From positions 11,321 through 75,320 of the forward strand of contig NZ_JAGDYW010000006.1 in assembly GCF_049116455.1 (NCBI RefSeq): DNA of 64,000 nucleotides. Direction: 5' to 3'. The notes under the pieces are model-generated. The model was not told where the DNA came from, ran no database searches, and worked only from the letters and a program-made list of their open reading frames with translations. Both the position numbers and the translations under genes were made by a program. The DNA comes from Cognatishimia sp. GTDB taxonomy: Bacteria; Pseudomonadota; Alphaproteobacteria; Rhodobacterales; Rhodobacteraceae. Position 1 is the first letter of the stretch, and each line of letters starts with the position of its first letter. Positions 27,974 through 37,846 of the stretch are shown here, piece after piece.

Positions 27974-29443
27974 GTGGAAGAGTTCGACATTCAGTCAGGC
28001 AAGATTCTGGCAGCGCAAATGTTTATCAATGGACAGTGGACCGTTGGCAGTAGTCGCGAGACCATCGAAGTTGAAAACCCCGCAAACGAACAGGTGATTG
28101 CAACCACTCCTGTTGGGACTGCAGAAGACGCCGCGGCCGCTGTAGATGCAGCTCGTGTTGCGAAACAGGCCTGGGCGAAGGTGCCGGCTGTTGAGCGTGG
28201 TCGCGTTGTGCGCAAATTGGGTGAACTGGTTCTAGCGCGCACTGAAGAGTTCGCGCGCCTTATTACAGCCGAACAGGGCAAGCCATTGGATCAAGCCCGT
28301 GGCGAAGTGGGCGCAACCGCAGAATTCTTGTTTCATGCCGCAGATAATGCGCGTCGCATTGAAGGGGACATTCTTGTTTCCGATAATCTGAATGAAGAAA
28401 TCCATATTCGCCGCCACCCTTATGGTGTTGTAGTTGGACTAACGTCTTGGAATTACCCTGCCGCTTTGGCGACGCGAAAGCTTGGTCCGGCGCTTGTCGC
28501 GGGCAATGGCTTTGTTCTATTGGCGCATGAAATCACACCGCTTTCGGGTCTGTTCATTGCATCCCTTGCCGCACACGCAGGTGTGCCGGCCGGATTGTTT
28601 AATGTCGTTGCTGGTCGCGGGCCAGTTGTGGGGCAGGCTCTGGTAGAGCATCCCGACACTGCAATGGTGACCATGACCGGCAGCAACCGGGCAGGGCGCG
28701 AAATTTTCAAAGCGGGCGCAGAAGGCATGAAAGTGCTGCGTCTGGAACTGGGCGGCAAAGCACCGTTTATCGTTCTGGAAGATGCCGAGATCGACAAAGC
28801 TGTCGAGGCGGCCGTGGCTGCGCGGTACACCAACTGCGGTCAGATCTGCACCTGTAATGAGCGCATGTATCTGCACAAGGATATTGCCGACGAGTTCTTA
28901 GAGAAATTCGTTGCAAAATCTGCGGCACTTACAATCGGTGATCCGATGGGCAACCCAGATATGGGTCCAAAGGTCAGCGGTCCTGAGGTCGATAAGGTGG
29001 CCTCGATTGTAGAAACGGCAATCGCTGAAGGTGCGGAGGTTCTTTTGGAAGGAGGACCACTGACTGAAGGTGATTATGCCAAGGGGCATTGGATTGCCCC
29101 AACAGTGCTTGAAGTCAAAGACAACGCCTCCAGCGTTGTTCAAAACGAGGTGTTTGGACCGGTTGTTCCAGCGATCCGCGTTGATGACTTCGATCAGGCA
29201 CTTGCGATGGCGAATGACACAGCCTTTGGCCTCTCAGCCTATGTGTTCACAGAAAACCATCGCCGGATCATGCAATCCCCATACGCACTGAAGTTTGGCG
29301 AAATCTACGTCAATCGCGCGAATGGCGAGCAGGTCCACGCTTTCCATAACGGGTGGGGCCAATCCGGCCTTGGCGGTGAGGACGGCAAATATGGGTTTGA
29401 CGGGTATCTGCGCAAGCAGAGCCTGTACATGAACTGGGCGTAA
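27974..29443 (+). CDS. NAD-dependent aldehyde dehydrogenase, lactaldehyde/glycolaldehyde dehydrogenase (AldA)-like
   Basis: A 489-aa protein carrying ELGGKAP, the catalytic Cys context NCGQICTCNER, and an AldA-like C-terminus (FGEIYVNR...FHNGWGQSGLGGEDGKYGFDGYL). It has a GTG start. Confidence 0.85.
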   Translation: MEEFDIQSGKILAAQMFINGQWTVGSSRETIEVENPANEQVIATTPVGTAEDAAAAVDAARVAKQAWAKVPAVERGRVVRKLGELVLARTEEFARLITAEQGKPLDQARGEVGATAEFLFHAADNARRIEGDILVSDNLNEEIHIRRHPYGVVVGLTSWNYPAALATRKLGPALVAGNGFVLLAHEITPLSGLFIASLAAHAGVPAGLFNVVAGRGPVVGQALVEHPDTAMVTMTGSNRAGREIFKAGAEGMKVLRLELGGKAPFIVLEDAEIDKAVEAAVAARYTNCGQICTCNERMYLHKDIADEFLEKFVAKSAALTIGDPMGNPDMGPKVSGPEVDKVASIVETAIAEGAEVLLEGGPLTEGDYAKGHWIAPTVLEVKDNASSVVQNEVFGPVVPAIRVDDFDQALAMANDTAFGLSAYVFTENHRRIMQSPYALKFGEIYVNRANGEQVHAFHNGWGQSGLGGEDGKYGFDGYLRKQSLYMNWA

Positions 29444-29500
29444 GCCTGGACAACACGCGGCTAGGAGGTTTGGCCGCATTTCAACTTGGAGGAAATTGAA

Positions 29501-30475
29501 ATGAAACGTCGTATTTTGCTAGGAACAGCCATCGCGCTGGGAATGGGCTTTAGCGCGTCTGTATCCATGGCTGATACACCGCCGCTGGCGCAAAAAGACA
29601 GCTACCGTGTGGGCTTTGCTCAGATGGAATCCAACAACCCTTGGCGTATCGCCGAAACCAAGTCTTTTCATGACACGGCAGAAAGCTGTGGCTGGGACTT
29701 GATTGCAACTGATGCCGCAGGTTCTGCAGCGAAGCAGGTTGCTGATGTGGATTCCATGATCGCGCAAGGCATTGATGTCCTGTTCTTGCCACCACGTGAA
29801 GAAAAGCCGCTGATCCCTGCGGTCATGAAAGCCAAAGCAGCTGGCATTCCTACCTTCTTGGTAGACCGCTCTGTTGATGAGAGTGTTGCTCAAGCTGGCA
29901 ACCACTTTGTGGCCTTCCTTGGTTCTGACTTCATCGAACAAGGTGATCGTGCAGCGGAATGGTTGATTGCCAACTTTGACGGCGACAAAGGCATCATCGT
30001 TGAGCTGGAAGGCACCACAGGGTCTTCTCCGGCAAATGACCGTAAGAAGGGCTTTGATGACCGCATTCTGCAGGATGATCGCTTTGAGATCGTAGCTTCT
30101 CAGACTGGCGATTTTGCACGGGATCTGGGCCGTCAGGTTATGGAAACATTGCTGCAGGCGCATCCTGATGTGAACGTTGTTTATGCACACAACGATGAAA
30201 TGGCGATTGGTGCAATCCAAGCGCTGGAACTTGCAGGGCGCAAGCCAGGTGAAGACATCACTGTTGTTTCCATCGACGGGACACGTGACGCGCTTCAAGC
30301 GATCATTGATGGCAAAATGGGTGTGACCGTTGAAAGTTCACCTTTCTTTGGTCCTTTGGCTTGTGACGTCATGAAGAAATATGCCGCTGGCGAAGAAATC
30401 CCAGGTTGGGTGAAGGTTGAAGACCGTGTCTTCACCATCGACAACGCAGCGGACCACATCGGCGAAGCGTATTGA
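29501..30475 (+). CDS. Sugar ABC transporter substrate-binding protein (RbsB-like, CUT2)
   Basis: ATG at 29501 follows GGAGGAAATTGAA. It has a signal peptide (MKRRILLGTAIALGMGFSASVSMA) and periplasmic-binding-protein type I sequence. Confidence 0.88.
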   Translation: MKRRILLGTAIALGMGFSASVSMADTPPLAQKDSYRVGFAQMESNNPWRIAETKSFHDTAESCGWDLIATDAAGSAAKQVADVDSMIAQGIDVLFLPPREEKPLIPAVMKAKAAGIPTFLVDRSVDESVAQAGNHFVAFLGSDFIEQGDRAAEWLIANFDGDKGIIVELEGTTGSSPANDRKKGFDDRILQDDRFEIVASQTGDFARDLGRQVMETLLQAHPDVNVVYAHNDEMAIGAIQALELAGRKPGEDITVVSIDGTRDALQAIIDGKMGVTVESSPFFGPLACDVMKKYAAGEEIPGWVKVEDRVFTIDNAADHIGEAY

Positions 30476-30487
30476 TTTCTCCCTGAG

Positions 30488-30513
30488 CCGGGGGGGCCAT
30501 CTGGCCCCTTCGG
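30488..30513 (+). promoter_or_regulatory. Intercistronic hairpin after the SBP gene
   Basis: CCGGGGGGGCC, loop atct, then GGCCCCTTCGG. This gives an 11-bp stem (two G-U pairs) with a tetraloop. Confidence 0.5.
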
Positions 30514-30540
30514 CACAACATCATGAAAGGCGATGAGGTT

Positions 30541-32067
30541 ATGCAACACCTGATCGAAATGAGTGGGATTAAGAAATCGTTTGCAGGCGTCGTTGCTTTG
30601 CAAAACGCAAATCTTCACATCGCACCCGGAGAAGTCCATGCCATCATTGGACAGAACGGTGCCGGAAAATCCACGCTCATTAAAATCCTGACTGGCGTCT
30701 ACCGACGAGACGCAGGTGAGGTGACAATCAACGGAACCGCATCAACGGTATCCACTCCTCGCGAGGCGCAAGACGCCGGAATCGCAACAATCTATCAAGA
30801 ACTTAGCCTGGTTCCCCTACGCAGTGTGACGGAAAACGTCATGATGGGGTATGAGCCGCGCACCCGAATGGGCATGATCGACTGGAAGGCGGCCCACAAA
30901 CGCACACGTGAGATTTTGGAACGCTTTGGTATCGACATCGATGTGAAAGCACAGCTTGGGTCTTACTCAACCGCCATTCAGCAGCTGGTCGCCATCGCGC
31001 GCGCTGTTTCATTGAATGCGCAATTGGTGATCATGGACGAGGCGACATCCTCGCTGGATGATCAAGAGATCGAAATCCTATTCAGTGTTGTGCGTGAGCT
31101 AAAGAAAGAAGGCGTTGCCGTTCTTTATATTTCGCACTTCCTTGATGAGCTTTATCAAATCTGTGACCGCGTCACGATCATGCGCGATGGCCAAACTGTG
31201 GGCCAGCGGGTGATTGCAGATACAACAAAACTTGGTCTGATTTCTGAAATGCTTGGCCGCGATCCTGAAGAGATCGAAGCCGCTGGGATGACAGGCCTTG
31301 GCGGCGGCGAGAAAACCGCGCCGGGCAGCCCGTTGTTTGAGGCTGAAAACATTTCAACTGCGCGTGGCCTCAAAGATGTGTCTGTGACTGTTCGCAAAGG
31401 TGAAATCGTTGGATTGGGCGGTCTGCTTGGATCTGGCCGCACCGAAACTGCGCGGGCTTTATTTGGTTTGGATTCCCTAAAATCGGGCAAGATCGACAGC
31501 CACGGCGGTAAAGGTCAGATTGGCACGCCTGCCGAAGCAATCGCAGCTGGGGTTGGTTTCCTAACAGAAGACCGAAAACGCGAAGGCATCGTGCCGCATA
31601 TGTCGGTGCGTGAAAACATGACGCTCGCCTTGTTGCCCAAGCTGAAAAAAATGGGCCGGGTAGATCGCAAACGTGAGGCCGAATTGGTTGAACGTTTCAT
31701 CAAAGCGCTTGGCATCAAAACATCAGGTATGGAGCAGCCGATCCGGGAATTGTCCGGGGGGAACCAACAGAAAGTCTTGTTGGCGCGCTGGCTGGCACTG
31801 GAGCCTGAAGTATTGATTTTGGACGAACCGACTCGCGGTGTCGATGTTGGTGCAAAGTTCGAAATCCAATCGATTATCCGCGAATATGTCGACAAGGGTT
31901 TGGGTGTTCTGCTGATCAGTTCCGAATTCGAAGAGCTGGTGGAAGGGGCGGATCGCATCATTGTGCTGCGCGACGGTTATTCCATCACAGAGCTGGAAAA
32001 TCCGGGGGTCACAGAAGAAAGCCTGATTGCGGCCATTGCCCAACACCACGGGGAGGCAGCGGCATGA
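30541..32067 (+). CDS. Sugar ABC transporter ATP-binding protein (RbsA-like, duplicated NBD)
   Basis: Walker A GQNGAGKST, Walker B VIMDEATS and LILDEPTRGVD, and signature LSGGNQQK. ATG at 30541 is preceded by GAGG. The ORF-track start is 30523. Confidence 0.9.
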   Translation: MQHLIEMSGIKKSFAGVVALQNANLHIAPGEVHAIIGQNGAGKSTLIKILTGVYRRDAGEVTINGTASTVSTPREAQDAGIATIYQELSLVPLRSVTENVMMGYEPRTRMGMIDWKAAHKRTREILERFGIDIDVKAQLGSYSTAIQQLVAIARAVSLNAQLVIMDEATSSLDDQEIEILFSVVRELKKEGVAVLYISHFLDELYQICDRVTIMRDGQTVGQRVIADTTKLGLISEMLGRDPEEIEAAGMTGLGGGEKTAPGSPLFEAENISTARGLKDVSVTVRKGEIVGLGGLLGSGRTETARALFGLDSLKSGKIDSHGGKGQIGTPAEAIAAGVGFLTEDRKREGIVPHMSVRENMTLALLPKLKKMGRVDRKREAELVERFIKALGIKTSGMEQPIRELSGGNQQKVLLARWLALEPEVLILDEPTRGVDVGAKFEIQSIIREYVDKGLGVLLISSEFEELVEGADRIIVLRDGYSITELENPGVTEESLIAAIAQHHGEAAA

Positions 32068-33065
32068 CCATGGAAAATAACGCTATGGATAACTCGCCAA
32101 AACCGGCTGGCCCAAAATTCGACTGGAGTATGATCACACGTCATGGCGGTGCATTTGCACTGCTGGTGATCCTTTTGTTCAACGTTCTCGTCACACCAAA
32201 CTTTCTGCATCCACAAACATTGTTTGTGAACATCAGCCAAGTGGCGACCATTGCTATCGTCGCCGTTGGAATGACGCTGGTCATCGCCACAGGTGGTATC
32301 GACCTGAGTGTCGGGGCAATCATGGCATTGTCTGGCGCATTAGCTCCGTTGATTTTCACGTCTCCCTTCGCAGAAGCAAACCCTGAACTGGGTCTGGTTT
32401 TGTCGATCATTGTTCCAATCGTTGTGGCCTTGGCCTGTGGAGTCTTTAACGGTGCCTTGGTGAGCCTACTGAATGTTCAGCCTATCGTGGCCACCTTGAT
32501 TTTCTTCATCTCGGGTCGCGGTATCGCGCTGGTTCTGACTAACGGGAATCTGCAAACCTTCTCGAATCCGGCGTTTAGCTATTTGGGGACTGGTAAGATC
32601 CTTGGCATCCCGTTTCAGGGCTATTTGGTGCTGATCATTGCGGTCATCGTCTGGTGGGTCATGGCCTACACGGTCTTTGGGCGTCAATTGCTTGCCGTTG
32701 GCGGCAATGAGCGCGCGGCACAGCTGTCTGGCGTGCCGGTGAAACGGGTCAAGATCGGAGCCTATGTGATCTGTGCGGGCCTGTCTGGGTTGGCGGGTTT
32801 GATCGTTGTTGCGATCAACTCGGCCTCGGATGCGGCACGGATCGGTAATTTGATGGAACTGGATGCGATTGCTGCGGCGGTTGTTGGGGGCACGCTGCTG
32901 CAAGGCGGCAAAGCACCCATTTTCGGAGCCATTTTGGGTGCCGTGATCATTCAGCTTGTTAAATACACACTGCTCGCCAATGGGGTCGCCGACGAAGTCG
33001 CGCTGATCGCAAAGGCAGGCATTATCGTGCTGGCGGTCTATGTCCAGCAAGCACGGAAGGAGTGA
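32064..33065 (+). CDS. Sugar ABC transporter permease (RbsC-like)
   Basis: A 333-aa polytopic protein. Its ATGA overlaps the ATPase gene. It carries the GGIDLSVGA motif. Confidence 0.9.
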   Translation: MTMENNAMDNSPKPAGPKFDWSMITRHGGAFALLVILLFNVLVTPNFLHPQTLFVNISQVATIAIVAVGMTLVIATGGIDLSVGAIMALSGALAPLIFTSPFAEANPELGLVLSIIVPIVVALACGVFNGALVSLLNVQPIVATLIFFISGRGIALVLTNGNLQTFSNPAFSYLGTGKILGIPFQGYLVLIIAVIVWWVMAYTVFGRQLLAVGGNERAAQLSGVPVKRVKIGAYVICAGLSGLAGLIVVAINSASDAARIGNLMELDAIAAAVVGGTLLQGGKAPIFGAILGAVIIQLVKYTLLANGVADEVALIAKAGIIVLAVYVQQARKE

Positions 33066-34066
33066 GTCAGATGCTTGATACTTCTGCTTTCGACCTGCGC
33101 CGCTACATTCAAGGCAACACGCACAGCTTGGGTGTTTGGATTACCCTGGTGGCGCTAATTCTCTTTGGATTGATGCGCTACGAGAACTTTGGCGGCTCTT
33201 ATAACATCTCGTCTTTTCTGAACTACAACGCGATGTTTATTGTGATTGCGGTGGGCATGTGCTTTGTCATCATGACCGGCGGAATTGATTTATCAGTGGG
33301 GTCCGTTGCAGCTTTCACGTCAGTGGTTGCGGCTTATCTGTCACCCTATGGTGTGCAGGTGGCTTTGCCCGGCGCGGTAGCTGCGGGCATGGCGATCGGG
33401 GGGTTAAATGCCTTCTTCGTTGTGGCGATGCGCATCCCGCCGTTCATTGCCACTTTGGCCACTATGTTGGGGGCCAAAGGCGGTGCTCTGGTGATTTCTG
33501 GAGCTCAGACAGTTTCCATCGATTGGACCTCCAATTTCACCAAACTGGGACTGGAAAAGGCTTTTGGCATCCTGCCATGGACCATCGTGATCACGATCAT
33601 TCTGGTGTTCGGCCTTTGGATTCTGCTTGAAAAGACGTCTTTGGGTCGCACGGTTTTGGCCATCGGTGGCGGTGAAGACGCCAGTATGATGATGGGCCTC
33701 AATGTGAACCGCGCCAAAGTGCTGGTCTATGTGATCAGCGGTGGTTGCGCTGGTATGGCCGGTCTGTTCTTGGCCTCTGGCTTTGGAGCAGGGCAGCCTT
33801 TGGAAGGCGTCGGCTGGGAGCTTTCAGCCATCGCATCCGTTGTTGTCGGCGGAACGCTTTTGACAGGCGGCATGGGATCGATTTCGGCCACGGTTGCCGG
33901 TGCGCTTCTTTTGGGGCTCGTCTTTAACATTCTAAACTTTGAAAACGGTCGTGGGGTGATCAGCCTCAGCGCATATTGGCAGATGGTTATCCGTGGTGCC
34001 TTTTTATTCGTGGTGATCGTTTTCCAAAGCCGTGTTGCAAGCACGGCAAAGAAAGGAACTATCTAA
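33062..34066 (+). CDS. Sugar ABC transporter permease (RbsC-like, second subunit)
   Basis: A 334-aa polytopic protein. Its GTG start overlaps the upstream stop. It carries the GGIDLSVGS motif. Confidence 0.88.
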   Translation: MSQMLDTSAFDLRRYIQGNTHSLGVWITLVALILFGLMRYENFGGSYNISSFLNYNAMFIVIAVGMCFVIMTGGIDLSVGSVAAFTSVVAAYLSPYGVQVALPGAVAAGMAIGGLNAFFVVAMRIPPFIATLATMLGAKGGALVISGAQTVSIDWTSNFTKLGLEKAFGILPWTIVITIILVFGLWILLEKTSLGRTVLAIGGGEDASMMMGLNVNRAKVLVYVISGGCAGMAGLFLASGFGAGQPLEGVGWELSAIASVVVGGTLLTGGMGSISATVAGALLLGLVFNILNFENGRGVISLSAYWQMVIRGAFLFVVIVFQSRVASTAKKGTI

Positions 34067-34067
34067 A

Positions 34068-35168
34068 ATGGCAAAGATCGCCAAAGTCACCGTTCGGGTC
34101 TTTGATGTCCCGCTGGCCGAGGTTCTCTCGGACGCAAAACACGGTGACCACACTCACTTTGAATTGGTCACTGCAACGGTTCAGTTGGCCGATGGATCTG
34201 AGGGAACAGGCTATACCTATACCGGTGGTAAAGGTGGCCGGGCGATCGCTGCGATGATTGAACATGACTTGGCCGGCTGGTTGGTCGGCCAAGACGCCTC
34301 GAACGTTGAAGACATCTATGAAGAAATGCAATGGCACCTGCATTACGTGGCACGTGGCGGCATCGCGTCCTTTGCGATTTCAGCGGTGGACATTGCATTG
34401 TGGGATCTACGCTGTAAAGCGGCGGGCAAACCGCTTTGGCAGTACCTTGGCGGCAAAAATCCAGAGTGCCCTGCCTATGCCGGTGGCATCGATTTGAACT
34501 TCTCATTGCCGAAACTGCTTTCATCCATTCAATCCTATTTGGATCGCGGATTTAAGGCCGTTAAAATCAAAATTGGCCAGCCTACGCTTGAAGAAGATAT
34601 TGAACGTATCAAAGCCGTACGAGAGCTGATTGGGCCTCATATCAAATTCATGGTGGACGCCAATTATTCGATGTCTGTCGAAGAGTCGATCAAAGCGGCC
34701 AAGGCCTTTGAACCCTTTGATCTGGTCTGGTTTGAAGAGCCTACGATCCCCGATGATTACAAAGGTTTTGGCGAGATCGCGAAACATACGAACATCCCGT
34801 TGGCAATGGGAGAAAACCTACACACAATCCACGAATTCGAATATGCTTTTGATCAAGCAAGCCTAGGATTTGTACAGCCAGACGCCTCAAATTGTGGTGG
34901 CATTACAGGTTGGCTGCAAGTGGCCGAATTAAGCCGCAAACATGATGTGACCATCTGTTCGCATGGTATGCAAGAACTGCATGTAAGCCTTGTTTCGGCA
35001 CAGAAAAACCGCGGATGGATCGAGGTCCACTCTTTCCCAATTGACCAATACACAACACAACCGCTTCAGATCGAAAATAACATGGCACTCGCACCAATGG
35101 CACCGGGTGTTGGCGTGACTTTTGATTGGGGCAAACTTGAAGACGCACATAAGGAAATGCATTCATGA
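34068..35168 (+). CDS. Enolase-superfamily acid-sugar dehydratase, mandelate racemase subgroup
   Basis: Subgroup hallmarks are KxK (AVKIKIG), the metal ligands DAN / EEP / GEN, and a His-Asp dyad context (QPD, CSHG). ATG at 34068 lies 1 nt after the permease stop. Confidence 0.85.
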   Translation: MAKIAKVTVRVFDVPLAEVLSDAKHGDHTHFELVTATVQLADGSEGTGYTYTGGKGGRAIAAMIEHDLAGWLVGQDASNVEDIYEEMQWHLHYVARGGIASFAISAVDIALWDLRCKAAGKPLWQYLGGKNPECPAYAGGIDLNFSLPKLLSSIQSYLDRGFKAVKIKIGQPTLEEDIERIKAVRELIGPHIKFMVDANYSMSVEESIKAAKAFEPFDLVWFEEPTIPDDYKGFGEIAKHTNIPLAMGENLHTIHEFEYAFDQASLGFVQPDASNCGGITGWLQVAELSRKHDVTICSHGMQELHVSLVSAQKNRGWIEVHSFPIDQYTTQPLQIENNMALAPMAPGVGVTFDWGKLEDAHKEMHS

Positions 35169-36205
35169 GTAACCAAACGATGGCAGCCGCGTTCTATCGC
35201 GGCGACAAGACATTTGCTGTCGAACAGGTTCCGGTCCCTAAGCCGGCATCTGGAGAAGTGACAATTCGGGTCGCTTATTGTGGCATCTGTGGCACCGATA
35301 TGCATGTGTTTCACGGCAATATGGACGCGCGTGTCGGTCATAACCGGATTGTTGGCCATGAGATGTCAGGTGTTGTCGAATATGTTGGCAGTGGTGTCAC
35401 GGGTTTTGACGCCGGTCAGAAAGTGACCGTGCGCCCACTGGACCCTGATCTGGACTGTCCAGCGTCGCAAGCGGGGTATCCGCATGTGTCCCACAACATG
35501 AAATTCCTAGGCCTTGATACTGATGGCGCCATGCAAGAGCTGTGGACCGTTCCAGCCTTTACCGTTCACGCATTGCCTGACGACATGAAACTGGATCACG
35601 CAGCGTTGGTTGAACCGGTTGCAGTGGCCTGCCACGATGTGCGCCTATCTGAGCTGAAAGAAGGCGAAGACGTAGTTGTTGTCGGCGGCGGCCCAATTGG
35701 TATCTTGGTCGCCATGGTGGCCCGTGATGCAGGTGGCAAAGTGATCGTATCTGAAGTGAACGAAAACCGTTTGGCGGTTGCGGCAAAGCTTGGCTTTGAC
35801 ACCGTGAACCCAGCCAAAGAAGACTTGGTTGCCATCGTCAATGAAAAGACCGGCAACAAAGGTGCGGATGTCGTGTTCGAAGTGTCTGGCTCTCAGCCAG
35901 GTGTTGACGCCACAACCGCTGTCGCAGCGACACGCGGCCGGATCGTGATGGTGGCCATCCACGCGAAAAAGCCAACCGTTGATATGTTCCAGTACTTCTG
36001 GCGCGAACTGAAGCTGATCGGCGCTCGTGTTTATGAACCAGAAGACTACGAACACGCGATTTCGCTTGTGGCCACTGGCGTGATCGATGCGGAAACCATC
36101 ATCACTGACGTCAGCCCGTTGTCAGACATCCAAGCGGCGTTTGAATCGTTGGACAGCACCCCAACCGCAATGAAAAGCCTAATCAAAGTTGGAGATTTCG
36201 CATGA
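35165..36205 (+). CDS. Zn-dependent medium-chain dehydrogenase (sorbitol/threonine dehydrogenase-like)
   Basis: A 346-aa protein with catalytic-Zn motifs CGICGTDMH and GHEMSG, and the Rossmann motif VVGGGPIG. The structural-Zn Cys cluster is absent. Its ATGA overlaps the upstream gene. Confidence 0.85.
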   Translation: MSNQTMAAAFYRGDKTFAVEQVPVPKPASGEVTIRVAYCGICGTDMHVFHGNMDARVGHNRIVGHEMSGVVEYVGSGVTGFDAGQKVTVRPLDPDLDCPASQAGYPHVSHNMKFLGLDTDGAMQELWTVPAFTVHALPDDMKLDHAALVEPVAVACHDVRLSELKEGEDVVVVGGGPIGILVAMVARDAGGKVIVSEVNENRLAVAAKLGFDTVNPAKEDLVAIVNEKTGNKGADVVFEVSGSQPGVDATTAVAATRGRIVMVAIHAKKPTVDMFQYFWRELKLIGARVYEPEDYEHAISLVATGVIDAETIITDVSPLSDIQAAFESLDSTPTAMKSLIKVGDFA

Positions 36206-36972
36206 GCATTCTGTCGAGCTTTGATCTGACCGGAAAAACCGCACTCGTCACCGGTTGCAAACGCGGTATTGGGCGGGGCATGGCCGAGGCCCTTGCAGAA
36301 GCAGGTGCAGATATCGTTGGTGTCAGCGCATCTTTGGAACTTGAAGGCAGCGCAGTCGAAAAATCAGTGCGCGAGATTGGCCGAAATTTCAAAGCCTATC
36401 AGTGCGATTTCTCAGATCGCGATGCCATGCGTGGGTTTGCGGCTCAATTAGAGGCGGATGGCGTTAAGCCAGACATTTTAGTCAATAACGCAGGCACCAT
36501 CAAACGCGCGCCCGCAGCGGAACACGAAGATGAGATCTGGGATGAAGTCATTGATGTGAACCTGTCTTCACAGTTCATTCTGTCACGCGAGATTGGCCGT
36601 GGCATGATTGAACGTGGAAGCGGAAAAATCATCTTCACAGCGTCGTTGCTAACCTTCCAAGGTGGTATCACTGTGCCGGGTTATGCTGCATCAAAGGGCG
36701 GGATTGGCCAGTTGACCAAAGCCTTGGCAAATGAATGGGCGGGCAAAGGTTTGAACGTGAATGCTGTCGCACCAGGCTATATCGCCACAGACAACACCCA
36801 GGCCCTACAAGATGATCCAGTGCGTTCCAAAGCCATCCTAGAACGGATTCCGCAAGGGCGCTGGGGTACACCCGAAGATTTCGCAGGACCAGTTGTGTTT
36901 CTAGCATCCGATGCTGCGAGTTACGTAAACGGCGAGATTCTGGTCGTCGATGGCGGCTGGATGGGCCGGTAG
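36202..36972 (+). CDS. kduD: 2-dehydro-3-deoxy-D-gluconate 5-dehydrogenase-like SDR
   Basis: A 256-aa protein that appears collinear with E. coli KduD as I recall it (LTGKTALVTGC..GIG.GMA, ILVNNAG, YAASKGG, NVNAVAPGYIATDNT, IPQGRWGTPEDF, YVNGEILVVDGGW). Confidence 0.8.
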   Translation: MSILSSFDLTGKTALVTGCKRGIGRGMAEALAEAGADIVGVSASLELEGSAVEKSVREIGRNFKAYQCDFSDRDAMRGFAAQLEADGVKPDILVNNAGTIKRAPAAEHEDEIWDEVIDVNLSSQFILSREIGRGMIERGSGKIIFTASLLTFQGGITVPGYAASKGGIGQLTKALANEWAGKGLNVNAVAPGYIATDNTQALQDDPVRSKAILERIPQGRWGTPEDFAGPVVFLASDAASYVNGEILVVDGGWMGR

Positions 36973-37178
36973 ATTCCACCGCCTGTCCCGGTGAACACTT
37001 GGGCAGGCTCGCTGGGGAGGGGCAATGTGATATGGGGGCGGGAAAGTAAGTTCTCGGTAAATCACTGCTGATCTGGAAGAAATCAGCAGCGGTATTGTCA
37101 AAGCAGAATTCGACGCAATCTTTTCTCTGCTGAGCTGAAAGCACCAATATTGCATTGTCGCCCACCTCTGGCGCAGGT

Positions 37179-37532
37179 CTATTGAGGGCCCTCAAGCAGG
37201 CGCAAAAGCATTTTTCGCCTTGTATCCTGACCTCCGAAAAAAACTGCCAGAACCACGACAATCTGTTCAGCTTCATCGATGCGGAACCAATAGGTGGATT
37301 GCCCCAATGTCAGTTGGTGCGACCCATGTAAGATGTCGTCAGTCGCTGAACCACGATGTGGCGCGATTAGGATACGATCTGCTTCTTTCCGAATATCCAG
37401 CACGCGGTTTTCTGCGTGATCTAGCGCAGCAGAAAGCGGTTCTCCGAACCCGATATAGCTGTCCACGAGATGGTCGAAAATCAGCGCAAAGTCACGCTCT
37501 GCCCCTTCGGCAAATTTAAGTGTCCAGGCCAT
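37179..37532 (-). CDS. parE: Type II toxin, ParE/RelE superfamily
   Basis: A 117-aa protein with ParE-like features (WTLKFAEGAERDFALIFDHL..., YWFRIDEAEQIVVVLAVFFGGQD). It overlaps the antitoxin gene by 17 nt. Confidence 0.75.
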   Translation of the reverse strand: MAWTLKFAEGAERDFALIFDHLVDSYIGFGEPLSAALDHAENRVLDIRKEADRILIAPHRGSATDDILHGSHQLTLGQSTYWFRIDEAEQIVVVLAVFFGGQDTRRKMLLRLLEGPQ

Positions 37533-37791
37533 AGGCCACGCGTTTCCGAGCCAACATATCGGTCAGGCCTGTATCAAATTCATCAGCCGACACGGTTGGT
37601 GCCTTTGCGCGCTGCTGCAATAGAACCCGGAGAGCGTCGCGTTCCAGCACATCATCCTCTTGTTTTTTACGCAAGATTTCAACGCCTTGCTGTAGGACAG
37701 CACTAAGGCTTGAGAATTGACCTGTCTCCACCATTGCTTTGGCAAAGGCGAATTGGTCGTCGGTAAGAGAGATTGAGGATTTAACAGTCAT
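37516..37791 (-). CDS. parD: Type II antitoxin, ParD family (RHH)
   Basis: A 91-aa protein beginning MTVKSSISLTDDQFAFAKAMVETGQFSSLSAVLQQGVEILR, typical of ParD. ATG at 37791 is preceded by GAGGAG. Confidence 0.75.
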   Translation of the reverse strand: MTVKSSISLTDDQFAFAKAMVETGQFSSLSAVLQQGVEILRKKQEDDVLERDALRVLLQQRAKAPTVSADEFDTGLTDMLARKRVAYGLDT

Positions 37792-37846
37792 GAGGTGCTC
37801 CTCTTGCCTAAGTAGCACTGAGTAGCACCGATTTCAAGGTGATCAA

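Noticed and set aside
29519-30298. A 259-aa minus-strand ORF inside the RbsB-like SBP gene.
   Set aside because: It is antisense to a gene with a signal peptide and SBP motifs, and it has no motifs of its own. The same reasoning applies to other long antisense ORFs such as 680-1336, 7746-8420, 32466-33050, 40614-41180, 41207-41770, 45856-46275, 52710-53333, 55852-56382, 56858-57484 and 61482-62126.
37065-37089. An 8-bp perfect hairpin (CTGCTGAT/ATCAGCAG) between kduD and parE.
   Set aside because: It has no U or A tract on either side and lies about 90 nt from both stop codons. It could be a weak bidirectional terminator, but the evidence is insufficient to call it.
36668-37276. A 202-aa minus-strand ORF spanning the kduD 3' end, the spacer and the parE 3' end.
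   Set aside because: It overlaps two supported genes on either side. Its translation is low-complexity and Pro/Ser/Arg-rich, and it has no RBS or family signal.
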